The translations under genes and the position numbers were made by a program. Under the pieces are notes generated by a model that was given only the letters and a program-made list of their open reading frames with translations, did not search any database and was not told the origin of the DNA. DNA of 49,721 nt, filler included, from Catajapyx aquilonaris (Eukaryota): NCBI GenBank assembly GCA_000934665.2. It is 2 parts of 2 records of this genome, joined end to end, with 100 filler letters (N's around TTAATTAATTAA, not from the genome) between each part and the next. Parts side by side here need not be neighbours in the genome. Positions count along the whole stretch, not along the records: positions 24,892 to 49,721 come from JYFJ02005460.1; 1 more part is not named here. One strand, written 5' to 3'. Positions 34,642 to 46,594 of the stretch are shown piece by piece (within the stretch, counting starts at the first letter, position 1; the number at the start of each line of letters is the position of its first letter).

Positions 34642-36887
34642 GTATCGTATTATCTCAACACTCAAACACGTATCTTTGCAAATATTCAAAGCCTCCTTTG
34701 CCTTCACCATAGTATTATGACGATGTAGCACGCTATCTGTATAGTGTATTTTTACAGCGCATAATGTAAAATGCGGAAGTATCCTGCAAAGTGGGTATTA
34801 TCAGTATACTGTACAGAGAAGATAGGTATTCTAAGCAGTGGTTATTGTACAGTACAAGACAGCAACCACATCGAGCCTGCTGTATTATTCTTCCAGGGTT
34901 GATCAATAATAATCGAAGCAAGCGGGGGTGGGTAGGTGCATGCGACCTTGATTGGAAAGAAGACGTAAGGTTGGTAATCCGAAGCAAGAGCTTCTTCAAT
35001 ATCTCCCCCCTTTGTACATGTCTTTCTCCTTCATCCCCATTTCCTGGAAATCGGCCATGGATCCAGCTCTCCGTAAGTAGGGTCAAATGTTGCTTACGTC
35101 CCTCGAGCTGAAACAAAAACAAGTAGAACAAAGAGATGAGAGTGTGACTTGAGAGGGGTAGAGTGAGGCTGTCAGGAAAGCAGGCACTCCAAATATGACA
35201 TGTGTAACAGAAGAGGGTATTAAGGACTTCCTCTACAGAAGAGCAGCGGAGGGCATATATCAACGTTCATGACATGCATCCACGACACTCTGAAACATCT
35301 GCTTGGAAAAGTCGACGGCAACAATGTTAACATGATTGTAGTAGAATCCCAGAATGGCTATCACAATCTCAAATCGCTACAAAATGTATCGTATTAAATC
35401 ATGTTTCTTAACGAGAGGTTTGCAATGGCTTGCAAGAACCGCGCCTGTGGTCCCCAGAGTGGTTTCGTGTTCAAATAACTATATAGGGTTGGTGGCACTT
35501 CTGTATGAAGGCTATAGATAGTCTTTGTATTAATGTAAACATATGCGTAATGAATAACTTTCTCGGAACTGTATTCATGACTTTATCGTCACTGAATAGG
35601 AATATCTATAGCATGGGCGTAAGAGCGGCATTCATCATCTGAAAGGTGGGAAAATGAAGGAAAATATTTTTTACAGTCGCCAGATGTTATTCAACGTATT
35701 GAGAGCTCAAAATTGGCAAAAACATTATGGGAATACCCAGTAACGCAGCAAAAGTTCACCATCTGAGAGATATGAAACGAGAAGAGTAATATTATTCCAT
35801 AATCGATAAAGTAATTATACTATATTCATCTGCATTACGGTGCGTTGCATTTCTTGGTATCCAGCAAATACTGTCGACTACGTACACAAAAGTACATGGG
35901 TTGAGCAAATGTGTTATTTTTTTTAGCTCTTTGTCTCAGCAGATTTACTGCACTTTCTAACAATAATTGTCACTATCATATTATATTTACTTCGTGCACG
36001 CAAAGTAAATGTAGTATTTAATTTCCATATACAGTAACTTAAGTCAAAATACTCACAGTCACAGTCTGATAAAATGATCAATAGTCAGACTCACCACTGA
36101 CCCTGGCGGGGATCCAATCCAAGCACAACCCAAAATAATGACAAATCATAGCTGCATCCCACTCTCTCTACCATGAAAGACCATGAAAGGCCATGAAAGC
36201 ATAATCCACACTTAATAACATTGTAATTCATATAATGGTGTCCATGAGGCCTAACACGCGTATTACGGAGTTATTCTGACGCTTCAGACTATACCTACCC
36301 AGTGACCTCATCGACAAAAGTCAACTACACTACCCAGAACTCATTTTTTGGGTAGTATAGTGGATTAAAAGATGATTGAGGGCAGGTTTATAAACCAGAC
36401 TTAGGGTTTATGACGTAACCGTTGTTAATGAAGTAGGCTAATTCGGGATAATATTACGCCCGCGCCCGGATAACATTTTATGAGACATTCTCCCTCCTCT
36501 CTGAGTTTTTGACTCCTGCCTCTGCCTTTGAGCTTCAAACAGTTCAAAGGTTTTCACATTTTGCAGTCATCTACTTACGGTCCATAAATCGGATTTCTCA
36601 AGTACCACAAGACACTAGGCCGTCTCTTGTATCTCAATGTCGTAATATTCAGGAGTCAAGAATTAACGCCAATAGTAAACTGACGCGACACCGCACCAGC
36701 TTATTTTTCCGTCGATTATGGAAACGTGTCATACATAGGGCAAAAATGATCGGGTCAGCCAGTCATGAGTTGGCCTGAAGTCGGTCAGAATGACGAAGGA
36801 GGTTAGGTACTATCGGTACGATATTAACGCGGACACTCTCCCATAAGAAAAGCACATGAAAGTGTCCGAAATAATATTGTGCTGATA

Positions 36888-37048
36888 CATTCTCGTTCAG
36901 TTTCCACTTAGTAAGTGGAAAAATTCGATTTTTCCACTTAAAACTGTACTAATGTCTACTTAAAATGTTTAAAAATCAATTTGCCATTTTAAGTGGAAAA
37001 ATTCAGATTTTTTTCCCTCATATATTAAGTGGAAACTGAGCGAGAGTG
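36888..37048. mobile_element. TA-flanked hairpin MITE with TTCCACTTA repeats
   Basis: TA|CATTCTCGTTCAGTTTCCACTTA ... TAAGTGGAAACTGAGCGAGAGTG|TA. Confidence 0.72.
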
Positions 37049-40000
37049 TAGAGTGGGACAGAGGCCAGGATGGGGGGTGGAGGTGAGCCGGTGGCAGCAC
37101 AGGCTGGCTAGCGGACTGACGGGGGAATGAATGCCATTGAATATTTCATGATCTGCGGAACTATTTGCCTGCATTGCGTGGACGGATGGACGAACTCAGT
37201 CCTCCATTCCCCCCCCTCCCCCACCCCGTTGGCCCACCCTCCGTCAGTAGCTGACCAACTTATTGTCTTACGGACTGACACCTCAGGCTGCATGACCACA
37301 TTTTTCAAAGTCATACACACACACACACTCATACATGTTGCTTAGACTACACCGACACACTCCGTGCGTCATGTGCCCTTTATATTCACCTTCTAGGATT
37401 GAGATATTACGTTCGCTCCAGTTTCAGGTATGGCGACACCACGGCGCGGCGGTGTCCCAAAATGGGTAGTCAAATAAGTAAGACCGCCAAATAAAGCTGG
37501 GAAGAAAATCGACAAGTGAGGAAATTGCATTACAGGGCGACTTCAAATTGCATGAATACTTGTAGGCATCCGCAAAACCGATAGCAATGGGTTCATTCAG
37601 TATAGAGACCTCTTTTGCCTAATATTGATGTCATTTAATAATGTAACACTTCCTCAAGCAGTAAAACAGCTTATTCCTTCCGACATGGATTTACAAGTCA
37701 ACTAACTTACTTATACGATTCAGTCTGAGACTTAAAATCCGTGACCCTTCAACATCACGACAACCGCCTGTTAACTGGTATACTATTTCTGTCGCGGAAA
37801 TAGTCCTGTTGGGTTTCTGTCATGACAGTTACATTATAAAGTAGTGACTAGCACTGTTCAAACAAGCAGCAGTATATTCCTGTACTTGTAGGCTACTACA
37901 AGCCAAAGAATAATTTCTTTAGACTATTTCAGCCTTATTAAAATTCGGATATACTGGGTGGTGAAAACGAAGCTTATTTTCCAGACAAAAGTGTTGGTTT
38001 ATTCTTCACCGAGCTGAAGTCCTCCATAATGCACATGAAAGTTTAGCACCATCCCAGACATAAGGAAGCGTCGCAATATCTCGTGGTTCACGGAGTACAC
38101 AAAGGTGGTGTGCAATACTCGGAATTCAGTAGAGCGGGCTTTTTATGCAATGAGTCTCTCTAGGCTTTTCATCATAACAGATGTCCCACGGGATTTTGTT
38201 CCTCCTAATACCTTTGACCTCACCACTTAACCTGTCCGAATAATGTACCGCTGCAACTCTCTTTCCTCCGCATTATTCATTAGTTAATACTGAATCATAT
38301 CCACATAACTCTGCATGCTATTCCCTGTGCTTTTGTGGCAATATATAGAGTCTATAGGATAAGCTGTATGTAACGAATATCGGCCAATTCGTTTCACTTT
38401 AGCTGATTTAAACAAATTATTTAGTGTTTCATTTGCCCATTTACTGTGTGTGGCTTACATAACTGTCAGCAGAGTTAAGACGCTTTCATACATCATATAT
38501 ATGCCTATACAACTTCCGTCCGTCTCATATTTTCTGCTATATTTTTAAAAAACTTTTCATAACTTGGAGGATTCAGACGAGAGGGCTTTCTGTACTTTCT
38601 GACAGGCGCGTAGGAGGGTGAGAGATGGAGAATTCGAATTCTGATATCGCTCCTGCCGGAAATTCATCAGGAATGATACGCCCCTTGTCCGTTCCTCTCA
38701 ATCTCTAAATAAAATTCTTGTTTTTCACGAACATACTATTCATAAAGCCAAAAGTTGATTGCTTGTGACTTGAGAGTTAATAATTAAGAAATATGAAGCA
38801 GCGTGGCTACATGATGGGCCCAGACGAATTTGCGGGAATTATGGAAAGTACGGAAATTGTGTGTGCAGCTAATTCCGTGTGGGTTCAAAATAATTATTTG
38901 TACACAAAGAAAATTAAATTGAACAATTGTATAGTATACGATTTAAATAATGTAAAAATTTTGGCACCACAAGTAAATAGAAAAAGTAATTCGACCTTGT
39001 TTGTTTTTAAAAAAAACACATAGGCCTATACACAGGCAAACTAATCGGGCAATTGTCACATTCTTCCATATACCTTGCGGAGCTCTATATTATTTTTCAT
39101 TCCACCTTGCGCGTGTTTTCTCCGGTCACTATTTTTAGCATCCACAAGTATATAGAAACAGTATAGAATACATAGCTAAATTAGCGCAATGAAGTTGTCT
39201 GCCTTGTATAATACCATTGTATGAGACAATGCCGCTTGAAGATGGAAAGAATCCCCACTTCTTCGACAAATTTTTGGATTCTTATATGCTACTGTACTTT
39301 AATAATTAAAAGCCACATGTTTCAACGACATTGCTTTCATTAATATTATACGGAATCATGAGAAAATTTCAGTTCTAGTTAATTGATAACACTTTGAAGG
39401 CAACGTTCTCCCACTTACGTATCAAACACCTTAGTCCTTACATTTCTTTCGCTGCTCATTAGCTGAATGAAACTTAAGCAGAAAGGACTTGGTATGAAAT
39501 GAACTTGAGATGTTTTTATACTGTACCAGCTTTTACATTAACATTATGATTTTCCAGACCTTGTTCCTTTTGCGAGATCCATACCAGGCACCTTTTTGCT
39601 GCTGTAGTCCGCTTAGGCTAGAGTGCAATTATTTTTCTTTTCAAAATCATTTCATTATTAATTCAGGCCACTTGCCAGACTAATTAGGAATAGCGATTCT
39701 CGAAAAATACTGACTATTAAAAATACGCGCTAATGAAGTATGAGCTTTGATAACGAAGCTATTAATGTGTTCGTTGGTGGCAATAAACGTGCAGAATATG
39801 ATTGTGCCCGACTGTAAATCCACAATGATATAAAATGATAATTGCAGGAGATCAATATCCCTCGTTTCACATTATTTTCCGAATTGTTTCAAATGATAAG
39901 TCATCATTATTGTTCCAGTTTTAGATACTCTGTATCCAATGTCCTGATGTAAGCTGCTGAAAACAGTGGTTGGTGGCTTTATAGAGGCCCTATATGGGTG

Positions 40001-40345
40001 AGGGGATAGAAGAATCCTTTGAACTGTGCTGCCAGGTAGCTCCTCGGTCCCGCCTCACCGGAACAATAAACGATAAAGAATCAACCGCCACTATACACTG
40101 AAAATGATTCTACGGGTTCAGCGTCATTCATAGCATTATAACGGCCTTCGTCTACAGTACATGCAGCATTGCAGGTCTCGAATCGGACAATCGCAAGAAT
40201 TTCTATTCTCGCAATGATTCCATACGGATTCTTCTTCGGCAGTAATAGTCTGGGAGGGTTACTGTTTCAAATTTTTTCATAGTTCTCTTAAAAGGTATTA
40301 GCTTAATCAGCTTAGCATGCCAGAAAAATTATCTGCAGCAGTGGA

Positions 40346-40424
<79 letters not shown>

Positions 40425-40427
40425 GTC

Positions 40428-40455
<28 letters not shown>
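40346..40455. repeat. (AAT)n followed by (AAC)n microsatellite
   Basis: Direct reading of the sequence. Confidence 0.95.
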
Positions 40456-40458
<3 letters not shown>

Positions 40459-40772
40459 GTCGTCCAAGATTACGGCATTTCCACTAAAAATTACAAGGTA
40501 GTCGCGAATTTTTTTAGTGAGCCCTAAAGTGAGGTGTCGTTTTGTGGGTTTTATGGGTCGCTAAGGTCAACCACGAGTGACCAGAAAGGTCATATGACGT
40601 CACTGGAAGTAGAAAATTTGAAGTGACAGGTAGTGTTACGGACTTGAACAATCTCGTTCATTACACACAGATAAAACCCACAACACGACACCTCACTTGC
40701 CACATTTAGGGCAAAAATTCCGGACTACCTTGTAATTTTTGGAAATGCCGTAACCTTGGACGTCATCTTGTT
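40451..40772. mobile_element. Inverted-repeat element abutting a microsatellite
   Basis: AACAAGATGTCGTCCAAGATTACGGCATTTCCA / TGGAAATGCCGTAACCTTGGACGTCATCTTGTT. The arms continue through GTGAGGTGTCGT / ACGACACCTCAC. Confidence 0.72.
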
Positions 40773-41283
40773 TTTGGGTCAGAAGGACCCAAAATCCCGA
40801 GTCATAACCGCGATTTTCGAAATCAGCGTGGTCGAACTGATTAGTCTTAAAAGGCTTGCTACCAACTCTCCAATTCTCCTTCCAACATGAACGACATGAG
40901 ATTTGGCGCCCGGTTTAATTTGGACACGCATGCGCTTATTCAAATGCAATTATTTTCTCTAAATCAAAAAACCCCCTACTTGGATATTTTTCTATGTCAA
41001 GGAAAGGGTCTGAGCTATAATATGCTATAAAAATCAGATTTTTAAATTGGGAAGAAATTCTCAAATAAAAATTAAATTTTGAAAAGACGACAAAATTGTC
41101 AAAAAAGTCAAAATACGAATTTTTAATGGTTAGTGAGATTGGGCTCTCGAATCCATTCAAATAGAGTGGTCGACGACGTCTGTAGCTCAATTGGTTCACG
41201 AGATATGACCGATTTTTGAAAGTTGAAACCCTACCTTCCGATAAGGCCGTTTTTTTCGGTGGGCCTATCTCCGGGGAGGGGTA

Positions 41284-41548
41284 ATTGTAATAGGCATATA
41301 CACACTTAACCCCCCTATGGACCGAACGCCTTGGAAATCCCTAACACTATGAATTACCACTCCCGCACATAAGAACAACAACGACTTAAATAACGCATGA
41401 GTTAAAGCAAGATGAAAATACGCCACATGCACCAATCCAATAGACAATGAGAACAATATCACTCCTAACTGACTTAATGTAGATAAGACAATAACCTTCC
41501 TTAAATCATTCTCAAAATTTGCACCCAACCCGGCTATAAACATAGTAT
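41284..41548 (-). pseudogene. ND5: NUMT: nuclear copy of a mitochondrial NADH dehydrogenase subunit 5 fragment
   Basis: Translates TMFMAGLGANFENDLxKVIVLSTLSQLG...FHLALTHALFKSLLFLCAGVVIH...QGVRSMGGL (ATA read as Met), which carries the ND5 motifs STLSQLG and THALFK.LLFLCAG. It is an isolated fragment of about 265 bp with one extra codon and QDIR changed to QGVR. Confidence 0.92.
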
Positions 41549-44500
41549 ATATAAGGCCAAACGGTACCTACTTTTGATAATAAATATGATGGTAATAAAT
41601 ATGAACATGGTAACGCATTAACCCTTCGGCGAGCATTTAACCAATTTGAGCAGAAAAGCTTCCATCTTGATTGTGAGAGATGTCGACAATAGCCACCAGT
41701 CTTCTGAAAGTGGCAACAATATTTTCTAACCGGTCTGTACCTTGTTACCTTGTAGGCTTATACCTTGTTTGCTCCTCAACGCTGACTGGATCTTTTAACG
41801 AATCACTACTAATAAACAAGGCAGTTTTTATGTTGGGAAATAGGGACGAGGGAGAATGGCAGGAATACTACGCCCACGGGTACAAGATATTGGCTGAAGT
41901 TGAATCTGAGCAAATACTGATCGTATAGTGCAATGATGGCCACTGATTGTTGCATTTATCCTTGTCCTCCACTGTATATTAGGTGACAATATGTTTGCTT
42001 CTTTTTAAATACACAATTATGCGAAAGGACTCTCGTATAGGTTAGCAAATGTGCTAATTTGAACATAACTGAATAGCTAAAAGCACAAGGAGCAAAGTCA
42101 TACAGACTGCAGCCGTAGTTTTTCATTTGGTTATTTTTCCATGCAGTATAACGGAATTCCGGCTTCGTTATTGAATTGCCTCCTAATTGTTTTTTGATCC
42201 CATATGCAGTGTCAAGACTACAAGACTCGATTCAGTTAATTAGGATTTCAACAGACAATTAAACAAAAACACTTTTTGTGTAGAAATGTGTCTGTTCATC
42301 AAGAGGAATATATCAAAATATGCATGTAACTTGTGCAGCATTGGGAACTAAATTAAGCAATATTACTACACTCTTCATACTAACTCATATCTGTGAGTAA
42401 ATAATATTCACAGTAGTGTGCAAAAACAGGTCGTGTCAATTAAAATATCCGTTTTAGTGAGCAATATTTGCGGTTTATTTTATGCTGCTTATTTTATGCA
42501 GTTAGAAGAGTTACTTTTAATGGCAATCACAAAAATTTTGGCTGCTAATATTAAGCCATATGTAATCATTATTCAAGTTCTGAATTGAAATAATTTTCCC
42601 ACTGGGACTGACCTATAGTGGAACAATTGGCATCGAACGCCATTATTGATTGAACCCATCTTTCGCAGGACAGACCTTCTCGCAGGCATTAAAAAGGTTG
42701 AGTCCACGTAACTTGATATTAGCAGCTAACACTTTTGCTAATGACTAAAAATACATATTCACAAGTGACCGGCTTAGAAATAAGTATCTAAAAGTAGTGG
42801 TTAAAATCGCTAACTACAGTAGGGACTTCAATCGAAACTAATAACATTACTAATAACTAATTTCCCCTATGTTGACGACCCGAAGAGGGGACTGAGGAAG
42901 AGTTGAAGGATTAGTCACCACTGGCGATGCAAACAAAGTTGTCGGCATGCAAAAAGGTAAAGTAAGACAAAAAACCTTGTGTCGAGTCTGCATTGGAATT
43001 CGAAGGGTCAGGAATGACAATTATTCGTCAGTCCTTTCCGATATGCTCTCTCTTTGGATTGTCAAACTGGGCAGAGACACACCCTCTATAATCACAGTAG
43101 GCCTACTTGATAATAACAGGTAGCAGATAGGAATAATGGGGTTATGCATTTCTTAAGAACACATTTTGGATGCGTGTATACTTTCTGTATACACACATAT
43201 ATAGAGATGACTGATGTGGCCCATGCTGGACATGACGTAGGCTGCTATCCATTGATCCTGCGAGAAACCTCACTAGTGTATTAAGAAAGAGAGTGTGCAC
43301 TCACGCTCTACCTGCCTGTCGTGCTGTTTCATCTGCGAAGAAGCATTACTTTTTTTTGCGACCTGGGGCATGTATGAATATTTTAACATCGAGGAGTAGG
43401 CATGGAATGAGGGTGGTAGTGAGTTCGTAACTTGGGCGACACGAATAAACACAGGAGAAGGGCGGTCGAGGGCACACCAACTGGATGGATGTTTAGCTGA
43501 TGCGACTACCAAAGAACCAAAGTAGCAGTACAGTGTAGTGGAACTTTAGGTATAGGAATGCAAAAGTATACAGTACAAAACTGAGTGAAACAGCGATCGT
43601 CGCTATTGCAAACACACACTATGGTTCCTGCAAATGTGGAAACTGAAAATGCAGCAGTATACCTATTGTACAAGGAAGTATATATAGTGCGGTTTACAAG
43701 CCATTGCCAGTTGTGATATAATGTGCAAGGGACACCTAAAAGGCAAAAAGGGCAGAGAAAATTGACCGGATTCGTTCTTACTCAAGCCGCTTATTTGAAG
43801 GCCAGATGTCATTACATCGCCCAGTCGGATCGAATACTGCACACAGAGAACATCAAAAATAATCAGAGACTATATTGGAGATAACACGCTTCGTCCATCA
43901 CGGTCAACTCTCAGCTATAGATGGTCCACCAAACACACCATGTTGGAAGGAGATCAAAGACTATCACGATGAGACCATCAGATGCTGCTAGGTCTGATTG
44001 TCGTTCATATCAGAAGTTGTAACTTGAGTTTATTACTATATAGCCGTCTTTCGTCGTTTCTGTACTTCCCACTTCACAACTTGCTATTGTTTCTCAACTC
44101 TGGCCTTTAGCGGAACGTCACACTATTTATGAAAAAAATCTAGTCAATACTCGGTTTCAACATACTCGATAGTGGATTGCTTGCATGGCGTGCTTTGAAA
44201 ATAATTAGTGTTACTCTGTGCTGTTCTTACTGTTATGTGCACGTTCAGGAGCATGGCTGGTCTGAGGATAGGTTTGACCGTGATTTTGACCGTAAAAGTG
44301 TAAAACCTGTCGTAACGGATAGTAGACATAGCCAAAACTTGTCCATAGCGGAACTTGTGTTTTATCCTGTGATGATATAAATGTTTTTCTGTCGCAAACG
44401 GACACCTATTCACTACGGTGCCTATTTGTAGAACGGATGACGGATCGATTCAGTTGTATACAGGTTTTGCTGTGTATGTAACTATTAATGATGCAAGGCA

Positions 44501-44885
44501 CTTGCTAATTATTGTTAATGCAGAGTTATAGGAGGTCCGCGGTAAACTTGAGCTGCTCAATGCACGCGGTAACAAATTGCTATTAAAATGCTCAACTTCA
44601 TGAGTTTCGAGTTGCGCATGATAAGCTATAGAGGGGTTACACAAAGCCAACTGCAATAAATGGAAGTCTCGCAACCATATACTTAAGCACGAACACATTG
44701 CACCAGCGTCATCATCAGATGCCGACACTTACGAGGCCCTTTACGCCCCAACGTCACATGCCTTGTCCCCTGGCCTCCCCGCACTCCGCAGTGTCTTTAA
44801 AATAATATAATTATCATATATTTTTTACCCTATCAGTCGTAGGATAAATCTAATCCGTAGGGGACTCTCCTTAGAGAGTATACAT

Positions 44886-45186
44886 AGTTCGTCTTTATGC
44901 TATAATTAAGTGGGGTCTTCCTTTATACCCGTGGATTCAGCCAACCGCCAAAAACATGAATTATTTCCGAAAAGCAAAACTTGGAATTTGCTGCGAGCAC
45001 CGAAATACCGTGTAACACTTACATAGCATTTACATTGTATTAGGTACTGTATTAAGTGACCTAAAGATATTTGAAGTATAATGATGTGCGTAGGTAGGCA
45101 TAGTCTATAGACCGCTAATATACCGGTATTTTGTTACCCACAAAAGAGCTTGCAACCAATCTCCCTCTAATGCAGAGGGCAAACTG
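44886..45186 (+). mobile_element. Tigger/pogo-type MITE resembling mammalian MER2
   Basis: Ordered blocks CCGTGGATTCAGCCAACCGC, AAAAGCAAAACTTGGAATTTGC, TTACATAGCATTTACATTGTATTAGGTA, GATGTGCGTAGGT and AACCAATC...GAGGGCAAACTG|TA match the recalled MER2/MER2B consensus. The left end is degenerate. Confidence 0.7.
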
Positions 45187-46056
45187 TAAAAGTACAAGTA
45201 TAACACAATAGTGTCGTCGGTCCTTTTAATGCTTCTGCTGAAGCTTTCATTCACTCCCATTCAGCTTCACCTGTCATTCGTCCAGAGATCAACCTTCTTT
45301 TCTTCCATTTCCGAAACAATATACCTGGCGTATACATTTCCCGGGGTTTCCACCACATTTCCTGTCCCATACAGCCCATTTCTGAAAAGAAATCCGCCAG
45401 TGGTTCAGAATAACAGCGCTTTTATCCTGTTAGGAGCGGAACAAAAGGCCACTTAAATACCTTTTCTATACCCGGCAGTGAATTTCGTCATATAGTACAG
45501 CATCGATGGCCTCTGAATTGTCGTATATAAGAAAAAGGAGAGGCGCTTGGACTGTGTGAATGAATCGATAGTTATCCCATCTCTAACCACCCACCACCCT
45601 CCCAAACCCCATCCCCCCTCACCCTATCGCACGCCCCCGCCCGACCCCCCCAATGACTATGAAGCGGACACAACAGGCAGGCGGGCGTCTCCACGCAATT
45701 CCCACGAAGCGCATTCAACTAGGCCTGACTAGACAATATATTCCCTCTCTCCCTCCCACTCCTNTGATGGAAGTGGCGGGGGTTAAAAAAAACGTCTAGC
45801 AGGTTCCACTGAGCTACAGCTATAAGTCTATAGACCATGCTATAGATTGTTCTCTCGGAAAGTACACAGCGTAGTCGTTACTGAAGTCAGCAGGACTAAG
45901 GCGATTACAGTCTCACCTATAGGCTATATGCAAAAAGGTTTTCATTCATCTTTCAGTTGAAATTACAGTGCTTTTATGAGGACGCCGGAGAAGCTGCTCC
46001 TGAGCCTCTTTGCGAGAGGTAATAGAAGTACAGTAGAGTAAACTGAAAGGCCGCAT

Positions 46057-46156
<100 letters not shown>

Positions 46157-46228
46157 TGAAAACTTCAGCAATAATTTGGCAATAACAGTAAAGTTAACTG
46201 CAGCAGTACAGTATATGTGTACTTACTG

Positions 46229-46594
46229 GGGAGGTGTGGTGGCAGAGATGGTAACGTCTCGGTTTGCTAGGTGAAAGGTCCCAGGTTCCATCCCCGCTTG
46301 GGAGTTCCCTTTCACCTGCGTCGGGAGGGTCTCTCACCTGCACCTTGGAGGTGTCTGGCAACCTAACCTCCTGGGGGACTGCACATGGCCCAAAGGTTTA
46401 AGAGATTGCACCTGCATAAGTGTCCCCTCCCCAACAATCCCTATCCTTTCCCAATGTCCCTGTTTCCTTGCACAGGAGAAAGAAGCTGAAAAATACCGTA
46501 TATAGAAAACTGATGGTGGTGTGCCACCCCCCTATAGATCCCGTAAGGGACATCACGGGGTAAACAAAATAAAAAATAAAATGAAAAATAAAAA
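46229..46594 (+). mobile_element. tRNA-derived SINE, tail type B (tRNA-Ala-like head)
   Basis: GGGAGGTGTGGTGGCAGAGATGG...TTTGCTA...GGTCCCAGGTTCCATCCCCG head; CACGGGGTAAACAAAATAAAA tail; 16-bp TSD ATATGTG(T/C)ACTTACTG (46213 and 46595). Confidence 0.85.

Noticed and set aside
34733..35263. 176-aa minus-strand ORF with a strong acceptor near 35108
   Set aside because: No recognisable homology and no partner exons found.
46229..46305. tRNA-Ala-like gene
   Set aside because: The cloverleaf is degenerate and is followed by a body, an A-rich tail and TSDs, so it is a SINE head.
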